Below, piece after piece: positions 1 through 8,141 of a stretch of DNA of 17,332 nt. The stretch comes from Candidatus Thorarchaeota archaeon. GTDB lineage: Archaea; Asgardarchaeota; Thorarchaeia; Thorarchaeales; Thorarchaeaceae. The stretch spans positions 1-17,332 of the forward strand of contig JAWAQK010000050.1 in NCBI GenBank assembly GCA_038893995.1, given 5' to 3'. How positions within the stretch are numbered: the stretch's first letter is position 1; each line of letters begins with the position of its first letter. Both the position numbers and the translations under genes were made by a program. The notes under the pieces are model-generated. The model worked only from the letters and a program-made list of their open reading frames with translations, was not told the origin of the DNA and did no database searches.

Positions 1-3
1 CAA

Positions 4-2751
4 GTGCTGAGCCCCATGCTCGCAGGACTGATGGCGACCAACGAACCGAGTCAGATGATACCCGTTGTGGTGAGGTTTGACGATGAGGCATCGAAAGACG
101 AAATGACCGAGATCCTGACCGGAATGAGAGCAGAGGGACTCAAGATCCGCCATGTTTTCCATCTGATACCCTTTGCATCGTTGTACGCATCAGCAGCAGC
201 AGTGTCCGAACTCATCAGTAACTGGAGAGTGAAATACATTGACATTGACCGAAGGGTTTCCATAAGTGAAACAGACCTCAGAAAAGTAGGTCCTGCAGAA
301 CTTGGCAGCACATCGTATGATCCTCCGCATGTCCTTCTCGGTGCTGAACAGATGTGGACCCTCGGATACAACGGCAGTGGCGTGACTATCGCCATTATTG
401 ACACCGGTGTCCAACCAGACCACCCAGACCTACAGGGACGAGTAGTGGCATTCAAGGACCTCGTAGGGGACAGGACCTTGCCTTACGACGACAACGGCCA
501 TGGAACCGCATGTGCGTGGCTCGCAGCAGGCACAGGTCAGGCAATGGGACGGGTGCTGAGTGGAACCGCACCCGGTGCCAGAATCATGGCAGTAAAGGTG
601 CTGGATAGCGAGGGATCCGGCGAGGATTCGGTCATAGCGCAGGGGATCGAGTACGCAGTTGACAACGGGGCCGATGTGATCAGCCTGAGTCTCGGAGGAC
701 CATGGTCTGACACCTACAACGATCCGACTGTGGCTGCTGCAGACGCTGCGGTCAGGGCAGGAGTGGTGGTAGTGGCTGCTGCGGGCAACGCAGGACCTGC
801 CGCCGCAACTGTCAACTCTCCGGGCGTGTCAGAGCTCTCCATCTGTGTGGGTGCATCAATGGGGTCGTTCGGTGTCGCGTCGTTCTCTGGCAGGGGGCCG
901 GTCGTCAGGACTGTCACGCCTCCTATCGGCGTTTCTGCAAGACCCGACCTGATCGCTCCTGGTTACAGGGTCGTATCGGGGAGGAGTACGACCGCCAACA
1001 TGGCAGAGTACCCGCTCTACAATCAGACACAATATGGATACCTTTACACCGTCTGGTCAGGCACATCTGTGTCAACGCCTCTTGTGGCCGGGCTTGCTGC
1101 ATTGCTAGTCGAGCGACATACCGGTATCTCACCTCTCGGAGTGAAGGTGTTTCTCATGGCCGGAGCCTCGGACCTGGGAGAAGATCCCATGGCTCAGGGA
1201 CATGGCATCGCTAATGTCAGCCGAGCCAGCGAGCTCTTACTGAGTTCGTCAGGAGCCTTCTCGGTAGTTTCACCCACTAGGTATCCGACAATTCCAGGCG
1301 GTCAGAACGTAGTCATAGTGGGGGATGAACGAGAGGACCAGTTGCTGACCGTCATCTCGACTGTCAACGTGAGTGACGTGGTCATTGGTGTCGAGGGTAA
1401 TGCGAGCAGACTGGTGACGGTCCCAGTCGGGCCCGTTGACATCATCGCCGGGTATAACTACGTCGAGATTGGCCTGAGAGTGCCAAGGAATACCACCCTA
1501 GATGAGATCGGCTCATACACAGGCGTGATCCGATTCACGCATGAGAACGTGACAGTAGTTTCAGTCGACCTATCAATCAGGCTACGAACATTCGGGGGGA
1601 GAGTCATCGTAGACCAGAGCCACCAGTCATCTGAAGACCCCGATGACCTCAAAGACTACAGGTATTTTGGCGATTACTTGCGTGAGCTAGGGATGAGAAT
1701 GGAGCCCTTCACCGGCGAGTCAAGTTCGGGCAGTATCACAAGCGACTCCCTGTCGTTGGCAGATGTATTGCTGATCATGGATACAGAGCTTGAGTACTCC
1801 GATTCCGAGATCCGTGCCATCCATGAGTTCGTCAATATGGGGGGAACACTACTGATGTTCTCTGAATACTACTCGGAGTCGGAGAACAAGGCCTACTTTT
1901 CGATGGAGTCCTACAACAGAATACTCGCTCCGTACGGAATACAATGCGAGACACGTGAGATAGGTCTGACACCTGAAGGATCAGGAATGGTTTACGGAGC
2001 CGACTACGGTGGGGCGGTGGAGACCCATCCCCTCGTCGAAGGAGTGCGGAACCTGTACGTCAATGCCGGTAGTACACTGAGCGTGGACTCATCAGTACCC
2101 GGTACGCAAGGACTCCTATGGACAGATGCCACAAGACAACATGCCATTGTAGCGATTGCTCAATCCGGAAAGGGACGGGTGGTGGTGATCTCAGACGGGT
2201 CGACAATGTACGACGAGAATCTGTTCTATGCAACTATCAGGGGTGCTGACAATGTCAGGCTGCTCCAGAACCTGGCATCCTTCGTCAGACCGGCGTGGCC
2301 CATCTTGTACGGGATCACCATTGGCCGGGGAGGATTGGAGAGACCTGCCAATGTGACTGCGTACGTCTTCGACGACGACCTATCCAATGTGACTATCACT
2401 GTTGAGCGGGGTGGAGTCATCATCGCCTCTGGACTGGCCGAGGAGGAACTGGGCTACAAGTTTGTGAAGACGTTCGACCAGACCGCACGGGGGTTTGTTG
2501 TGATCGAGTTGCGCGCCACAGACGACATGGGAAACATCAGGGTATTCAGGAGGATCGCACTGCTCACAGCTGAATTGGTTGATCCTGTAGTCCTCGCCCA
2601 AGTAGTAGCAGCCCTCTTGGGTGTACTGGCGGTCTCATTAGGTTATGTTGCAGTCCTGAAGATGAGGGGGCGTCCACGACATGAACCACAGAACGAGGCA
2701 GAGTGGGAGGTCCCCATAGACGACCGGCCACGACCACCCGAGATAGAGTAG
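4..2751 (+). CDS. Membrane-anchored S8 (subtilisin-family) serine protease with I9-like propeptide, GATase/GIFT(DUF4350)-like domain and C-terminal TM helix; Site-1 protease-like. Probably 5'-truncated by the window edge
   Basis: Catalytic motifs IIDTG (Asp), GHGT (His), AAGN (oxyanion Asn) and SGTSV (Ser). N-terminal propeptide-like segment (VVVRF...VKYIDIDRRV). Flavodoxin/GATase-like block VIVDQSH...DVLLIMD...FVNMGGTLLMFSE...GKGRVVVISDGS. Hydrophobic helix VVLAQVVAALLGVLAVSLGYVAVL followed by basic KMRGR. The frame is open to position 1 and no signal peptide is visible. Confidence 0.93.
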   Translation: MLSPMLAGLMATNEPSQMIPVVVRFDDEASKDEMTEILTGMRAEGLKIRHVFHLIPFASLYASAAAVSELISNWRVKYIDIDRRVSISETDLRKVGPAELGSTSYDPPHVLLGAEQMWTLGYNGSGVTIAIIDTGVQPDHPDLQGRVVAFKDLVGDRTLPYDDNGHGTACAWLAAGTGQAMGRVLSGTAPGARIMAVKVLDSEGSGEDSVIAQGIEYAVDNGADVISLSLGGPWSDTYNDPTVAAADAAVRAGVVVVAAAGNAGPAAATVNSPGVSELSICVGASMGSFGVASFSGRGPVVRTVTPPIGVSARPDLIAPGYRVVSGRSTTANMAEYPLYNQTQYGYLYTVWSGTSVSTPLVAGLAALLVERHTGISPLGVKVFLMAGASDLGEDPMAQGHGIANVSRASELLLSSSGAFSVVSPTRYPTIPGGQNVVIVGDEREDQLLTVISTVNVSDVVIGVEGNASRLVTVPVGPVDIIAGYNYVEIGLRVPRNTTLDEIGSYTGVIRFTHENVTVVSVDLSIRLRTFGGRVIVDQSHQSSEDPDDLKDYRYFGDYLRELGMRMEPFTGESSSGSITSDSLSLADVLLIMDTELEYSDSEIRAIHEFVNMGGTLLMFSEYYSESENKAYFSMESYNRILAPYGIQCETREIGLTPEGSGMVYGADYGGAVETHPLVEGVRNLYVNAGSTLSVDSSVPGTQGLLWTDATRQHAIVAIAQSGKGRVVVISDGSTMYDENLFYATIRGADNVRLLQNLASFVRPAWPILYGITIGRGGLERPANVTAYVFDDDLSNVTITVERGGVIIASGLAEEELGYKFVKTFDQTARGFVVIELRATDDMGNIRVFRRIALLTAELVDPVVLAQVVAALLGVLAVSLGYVAVLKMRGRPRHEPQNEAEWEVPIDDRPRPPEIE

Positions 2752-2790
2752 GCCGGCCAAGTGCGGCCTGTGGATACCCCTGGCGGAACA

Positions 2791-3756
2791 CTACTCACGA
2801 CGGCCGAAGCGTTGGGACAGTAGGACGTGTGAATACTTTACTAGGAGGACGCACAGGCCCACGACGAGGACTATCGTCAGGACGGGGAGATAGGACTGGA
2901 CCACATCGAGTGTGGCAAATTGAAGCTCTACCCGTCCGATAGTCCTGACCGTAGCTACAGCGTAGACATCGTAACTAGCCGGAGCAAGAGAGGCTGCACT
3001 CACACGAAATGAGTAGTTTCCGTCAACTCCGCTGATAGTCAGATTGACCCAAGCACCCTGCGGAGATCTGAAGCCCAGCTCCATTCTCTCGACGAGCATA
3101 TGTCCTTCTACTACAATCCTTCCAGTGATGATGGCGGTCATCAATAGTCCGACCGTGACCTCCGACTGATCGAGGACCGCCTCGACGAATCTGAAGACAC
3201 TACCTGTCAGGGACAGACCAATTGGGGGCAGGTCAAGTCCGACTCCAGAATCACAGACTCGAGCTAGTACACTGGCCATCTCGGTCCCGAGCTTATCAGA
3301 AGGGACCTCGTACTGTGGAGAAAACGTGTTGACATCAGATTCCGTGTCGATAACACGTAGAAGACCATCGACCAGTGACCAATTGAGAGACATCTCTTCG
3401 CTGGTACTATCGAGGTCGAAAATCTCTAGTTCCAGAGAAATGCTCGCCGTCCCGTGGGTCACCGACAGGTCTGACACTAGTACTCTCCACTGGTTGGAGA
3501 GAGTGATTTCCGAGGTAATGTCTTCGAGTTGGTCGTCTGTCGAGTAGGACACCAGAATCAGCCTCCCCCGCAGGGTAGAGGGCACTCGCTCCACCCACAT
3601 CAGGACCGAGTCCTCATCACTCCATGAGTCACTCCCCAGCGCGGATGGCTCAAAGTCGCTCCCGTTCCACATGAGCACAGTGGCTCCGCCGACCCCCACT
3701 CTCAAGATCAAATCGATGCCACTCGGTCCACTCGCCGGATCCATGTCTGCATCCAT
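2791..3756 (-). CDS. C-terminal part (beta-sandwich/Ig-like domains + TM anchor) of the frameshifted S8 protease
   Basis: The frame is open from 3810, just after the TGA at 3813-3811, and overlaps the upstream protease ORF. It has no signal peptide or evident SD of its own. It encodes beta-rich acidic extracellular-type sequence ending in TM LPVLTIVLVVGLCVLLV with a basic tail QRFGRRE. Confidence 0.75.
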   Translation of the reverse strand: MDADMDPASGPSGIDLILRVGVGGATVLMWNGSDFEPSALGSDSWSDEDSVLMWVERVPSTLRGRLILVSYSTDDQLEDITSEITLSNQWRVLVSDLSVTHGTASISLELEIFDLDSTSEEMSLNWSLVDGLLRVIDTESDVNTFSPQYEVPSDKLGTEMASVLARVCDSGVGLDLPPIGLSLTGSVFRFVEAVLDQSEVTVGLLMTAIITGRIVVEGHMLVERMELGFRSPQGAWVNLTISGVDGNYSFRVSAASLAPASYDVYAVATVRTIGRVELQFATLDVVQSYLPVLTIVLVVGLCVLLVKYSHVLLSQRFGRRE

Positions 3757-5911
3757 CAGGACATCGATATGAGATCCACCGGTCAGGTTGACAGCCCCCC
3801 TGACAGACCCTCACATACCTCATGTCCAGTCCTGCAGGGACGGAGAGGTCGACAGGGTCCTCGAGAATAGGAGTGATGCCGACCCATTCTGCCAGCCCGG
3901 ACGACACGTCCGGCGACAGTACCTGACGAACGGAGTAGAGAGCATCACACAGACCGTAACCCCAGGCATCGTCAGCGGGAAAGAAATGATGGTCTGAGCC
4001 TCCAGCACCCTGAAGTGTGGCCGTGAGGGGAAGCCATCCCCTTGAACGGGAGGCCTGAACGACAAGAGCCACAAGGCCTGCCACGTGCGGGCTGGCCATG
4101 CTAGTACCACTCTTGGCCTGCCACAATGTAGTGAGGGAGTTCTTGGCAGCCTGAATGGAAACACCTGGCGCACTCACGCCCACTTTCCACACTCCGTCCA
4201 CGCGGGGACCCAGCCCCGAGGATGATGCGATTCCCATGAGGAACTCGTCGTATGACGAAACTGCCACCACGAGGTCAGCCGTAGAGGGGGCACTCAGAGT
4301 CCTGGAGTTATCAACACTCGACGAGAACCGGAGGCTGCTCCCGGACCAACTGTTGTCCCAGACATACATGTTGACTTCGACACCATCACCCTGAGGATTG
4401 GACACTTTCACCAACCAAGTGCCGGTCTCCCACTGGTGGCCGGTCTTTCCAAGCTGAACTAGGATCTGGTTGGTGCCCCTCTGACTCCTGTCGGCAAACA
4501 CGTATGCCTTGAGTGAATCATGGGATATCTCGACTGCACTGCCAACGATGTTGCGAAAGATTCCCAGACTTATCTCTGACCCACCGGGGGTCTGGAGAAT
4601 GACCTCCTCATCGTCATCAATGCTCTGCCACAGGATGTTGAGGAAAGAGTAGAGTGGCGGTGAGATCACCGACAGGCCGGCTAGGCCAGTATGACCGGTC
4701 TCCACGCTAAGTCGGGCATGCTTACTCTGGCCACCCAGATTGCCAGCCGCAGCCACCACAACGGTCCGGTTCTGCAGCACAATCTGACTGATTGCCAGAT
4801 CCTCAACGTCAGTGCCATCAAGAAAACCCATGAAACTGGAGAAGGACAGGTTGATCACGTCAGCACCTTGGGCAACAGCAAATGCGAGACCGTCCAGGAT
4901 CTGTGCAGAAGTCAGCTGACTGCGGACAACGATGAGATCAGCATCTGGTGCCACCCCCAGCATTGACGTGTGACCCACCTGTCCGCCTGCGATGATCGAA
5001 CAGACATGAGTTCCATGCCCACCGGTGTCCAAGTCCCCTACCGACAGACCGTGAGTAGTAAGATTCACCCCTCGGACATATACAGCCTTGCTAACCTGGT
5101 CATAGAGTGCTGCGACCTTGGGTTCGCCGAGGAGGACAACGCCCTCGGTGGGGAGAGTCACCTGACCGTCTCCGTTGGTGTCAACTCCCGCCAACCAGCG
5201 GTCGCCATCGAGGTAGTCAAAGGCACCATCATTGTCAACATCTATGAACATGTATTCATTGGCAATCTCGATAGTGCTTGGACTGCTGACGTGCACAACA
5301 CGTATCGGTCCCTCTCCAGGATCCACAAATGAGTTGTTGTTGAGGTCGACGTAGAAGGATGAACCGTCCTGTATCACCTGCAGTTCGCCAGTGGTAACTC
5401 TCCAGAATGAGGGGTGCAACCAGTGGATCCCAGTGTCAATGACGGCGACCCTTGTACCGGTCCCCTGGACAGACCTGCTGTCCACACGAAGATTGTTCCA
5501 CACTTGAGGCGCCCTGATGAGCGGAACAGACGTCATCAGTGCTGGAAAGTACTGCTTGTCTCCCCGTGTCATTCTGACGACGTCTTTATCACCTAGGGCC
5601 TTCAACGCACATTCTGAGGACACTGACACCACATAGACAGACCCCAGGTGGACCGGAAGAGACCCACGTCTGAGAAACCTGATCCCCATCAACTCCAGAT
5701 CATCTATCTGTTGTGGAGATAGCTGTGTCGAGAACTGGACGATGAGGCTGCCATCAGGGTCCAGGTAGTCACATGGTCCGAGAGTCCCAGTCTTCACATC
5801 TGGACATTCCGATGACATGACAAGCGCTCTGTCGTATCTCTGGCCAAGAAGACTAGATGTCAGTACCACCCCAATCAGGAACAACGTCAGACAGAGAGGG
5901 AACCTCAACAT
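3650..5911 (-). CDS. Secreted S8 serine protease, N-terminal/catalytic part of a frameshifted gene (full gene 5911..2791)
   Basis: Likely start is ATG at 5911, preceded by GGAGG, giving signal peptide MLRFPLCLTLFLIGVVLTSSLLG. Motifs VIDTG, GHGTHV, AAGN and SGTSMASPHVAG. The ORF-track extension to 6202 overlaps the divergent gene and is rejected. The translation degrades after ...LDMRYVRVCQ (~3800). Confidence 0.88.
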   Translation of the reverse strand: MLRFPLCLTLFLIGVVLTSSLLGQRYDRALVMSSECPDVKTGTLGPCDYLDPDGSLIVQFSTQLSPQQIDDLELMGIRFLRRGSLPVHLGSVYVVSVSSECALKALGDKDVVRMTRGDKQYFPALMTSVPLIRAPQVWNNLRVDSRSVQGTGTRVAVIDTGIHWLHPSFWRVTTGELQVIQDGSSFYVDLNNNSFVDPGEGPIRVVHVSSPSTIEIANEYMFIDVDNDGAFDYLDGDRWLAGVDTNGDGQVTLPTEGVVLLGEPKVAALYDQVSKAVYVRGVNLTTHGLSVGDLDTGGHGTHVCSIIAGGQVGHTSMLGVAPDADLIVVRSQLTSAQILDGLAFAVAQGADVINLSFSSFMGFLDGTDVEDLAISQIVLQNRTVVVAAAGNLGGQSKHARLSVETGHTGLAGLSVISPPLYSFLNILWQSIDDDEEVILQTPGGSEISLGIFRNIVGSAVEISHDSLKAYVFADRSQRGTNQILVQLGKTGHQWETGTWLVKVSNPQGDGVEVNMYVWDNSWSGSSLRFSSSVDNSRTLSAPSTADLVVAVSSYDEFLMGIASSSGLGPRVDGVWKVGVSAPGVSIQAAKNSLTTLWQAKSGTSMASPHVAGLVALVVQASRSRGWLPLTATLQGAGGSDHHFFPADDAWGYGLCDALYSVRQVLSPDVSSGLAEWVGITPILEDPVDLSVPAGLDMRYVRVCQGGCQPDRWISYRCPDGCRHGSGEWTEWHRFDLESGGRRSHCAHVERERL

Positions 5912-6091
5912 GCAACCTCCAGCTGAGAGAACACGACTGAAAGCGGAATGACGCTCATATAGATTGCGTGATGTAAATCGCAGGATCGATCGACCGTGAA
6001 TGACCAGATCGGTCGAAACCACAAAAGGACATAAGCACGTTGCGCCAAATGACCTAGGTTGTCGTATCTTGAAATACGCCGGAGGATGTGA

Positions 6092-8095
6092 GTGGAGGAA
6101 GCTCCCCCAGAGTTCGACCGCTACTTGGCAGACGAGGACATACCATGGACTGAGATAGCCGTGGTGACAGCCAAGGCCAAACAGAGGGGGGCCAAGAACC
6201 ACTTTGAGGCATTCACAGATGCAGTAATAGAGATCGCATCGAAGGAGACCATGAAACCACAGCCCAACCCGAGCATCATCGCCATGGGTGTTGAGGCCTG
6301 CCTCATGCGCGGCAGACTGTCAGAGGCTCTGTTCATCTCCTCAGACGTGAATGACATCAGAGTAATGAGTCTAAGGGCAATCGTTCTCTTTGTCGTTTCG
6401 GACACCCAGGGGCTTGCCGAGCTACTATCGACTGCTGAGAGTCTTGTGAACGAGAACTCCGACACCGGACACAGGGTGAGGCTGAGCACCATAAAGGTCC
6501 TGGCCAGTGCGGCCGAGAGAGACACGAGTGTCATTCAATGTGTCATGGACTTCGACGCCCTGCTAGAGGCACATCCAGACCAGGCCGAGATACCGATGCC
6601 TGAGACCATGTTCACCATCTACGTCATCGGTGCACTTCTCAGAGAAACAGGGGAGATCAATCGAGCACTGAGGGTCGCCGACGTGCTTCAGGAGATGTCA
6701 GAGAAGCAGGGAAATAGGATGGTCAGGGCGCTAGTAGAGAACCTCAGGGGCAATATCTCGAACATTCAGGGCAATATCAAGGCCGCACGCGAACACTACA
6801 TGAGATTCAAGCAGATGAGCGAGGCAATGTCGTTCGACCTGGGAGTGGGTATGGCTCTGAACAACATGGGAGCATTAGCGCTCGCTGCACTCAGCCTAGA
6901 GGAGGCACTCGACTACTTCAAACAGGCACTTCAGTACATGACCATGGACACAGGCCGTCTGACAACGCTCGTGAATCTCGGGGAGGTCGCAGTGATACTC
7001 GGTCGATATGACGAGGCTGAACAGTATCTCAGGCAGGCCATGCGACTGGACGCGAAGACTGGCAAGGGGCTCGTTGAGGCATATGCGTGGTACGCCATCA
7101 TGCTCTCCAGAAAAGGAATGGTTGTTGAGGCGCAGAGGTGCCTCCGTCGAGTAGAGGCCATGGCGGAGAACTCCGAGAGGACTCTTAGCAAGGGTATCTA
7201 CCTCCTAGCAAAGGGAATACATGAGATGTGCAGCGGCCGCATTGAGCAGTCGATAGCAACACTGGAGAGTGCGGTCCGTTACGCCATGCACGAGTCACTT
7301 TTCGAGATCCTTGTACCAGCCGAATTGGAACTGGCCAGAAACCATGTGCAGGCGTATGCCAAGACACAGCACAGGGAGCATCTGATGAAGGCCATCCACA
7401 GGTTGGACGACGTCATCCAGATCGCTAAAGAGCAGAGCCTGCATGGGCTCTTTGCGGAATCATTGGTCTTGCGTAGCGATGTGCTCGTGCTTGCTGGGAA
7501 GGGGCTCGAGGCGAAGATGGAGTTGGAACGTGCAGCGGATGTCGCACGCCTGATCAATGACTCACGTCTGGAAACCGAGGCCGTGGAGAGGCTCAAGAGG
7601 TTCGCAGGTGAGGAACCTTCTGAGGACATGGTAGACCAGGGGAAACTCTCTGCATCGCTCGAACGTGTCTCTGCCTTCAGGACGGCCGGGGCTATGAAGG
7701 AGGTCCCCATGCCCCGCCTGATGTTGCTCCTCGTCCTGAACAGCAATTCAGGCTTGCACGAGTATACATACCGATTTGACCCCTCGATAGATCTTGACAG
7801 CTCGCTTGTCAGCAGCTTCATCTCAGCCATAACAACATTCTCCAGTCGCCTGGCAGGAGATGTCGGGCTGCTGAGGTCAATAAACCACGAGGGTCTGGCC
7901 CTGATGATAGAACACACTCAGGACAGGATGATTGCGCTTGTCGCACAGCATGAGTCTTTTGAGCTGAGGTATCGCCTCCAGCAGTTTGCGAAGGAGTTCG
8001 ACCTCGCGTACCCACCGAGGGATGATATTGAAGTGGTCAGACCAGGCGAGTTCAGCGATGCGGACAGGCTTGTTGAGAGGCTGTTTCTTAGCTGA
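6092..8095 (+). CDS. TPR-repeat protein with C-terminal longin-like domain
   Basis: GTG start with GGAGG at 6081-6085. TPR-type repeats (ALNNMGALA...EEALDYFKQAL; TLVNLGEVAVILGRYDEAEQYLRQA). C-terminal pattern LLLVLNSNSGLHEYTYRF-DSSLVSSFISAITTFSSRL-LRSINHEG-ALMIEH-IALVA-LRYRLQQFAKEF matches the beta-beta-alpha-beta-beta-beta-alpha longin/roadblock-related domains common in Asgard archaea. Confidence 0.85.
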   Translation: MEEAPPEFDRYLADEDIPWTEIAVVTAKAKQRGAKNHFEAFTDAVIEIASKETMKPQPNPSIIAMGVEACLMRGRLSEALFISSDVNDIRVMSLRAIVLFVVSDTQGLAELLSTAESLVNENSDTGHRVRLSTIKVLASAAERDTSVIQCVMDFDALLEAHPDQAEIPMPETMFTIYVIGALLRETGEINRALRVADVLQEMSEKQGNRMVRALVENLRGNISNIQGNIKAAREHYMRFKQMSEAMSFDLGVGMALNNMGALALAALSLEEALDYFKQALQYMTMDTGRLTTLVNLGEVAVILGRYDEAEQYLRQAMRLDAKTGKGLVEAYAWYAIMLSRKGMVVEAQRCLRRVEAMAENSERTLSKGIYLLAKGIHEMCSGRIEQSIATLESAVRYAMHESLFEILVPAELELARNHVQAYAKTQHREHLMKAIHRLDDVIQIAKEQSLHGLFAESLVLRSDVLVLAGKGLEAKMELERAADVARLINDSRLETEAVERLKRFAGEEPSEDMVDQGKLSASLERVSAFRTAGAMKEVPMPRLMLLLVLNSNSGLHEYTYRFDPSIDLDSSLVSSFISAITTFSSRLAGDVGLLRSINHEGLALMIEHTQDRMIALVAQHESFELRYRLQQFAKEFDLAYPPRDDIEVVRPGEFSDADRLVERLFLS

Positions 8096-8141
8096 ACTTA
8101 TCTGCAATCCGTGCCTGTATCAGGAAACGAGCAGATAGACA

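Noticed and set aside
5912-6202. N-terminal 97-aa extension of the 850-aa ORF
   Set aside because: It overlaps the divergent TPR gene and its promoter region; the SD and signal peptide point to ATG 5911.
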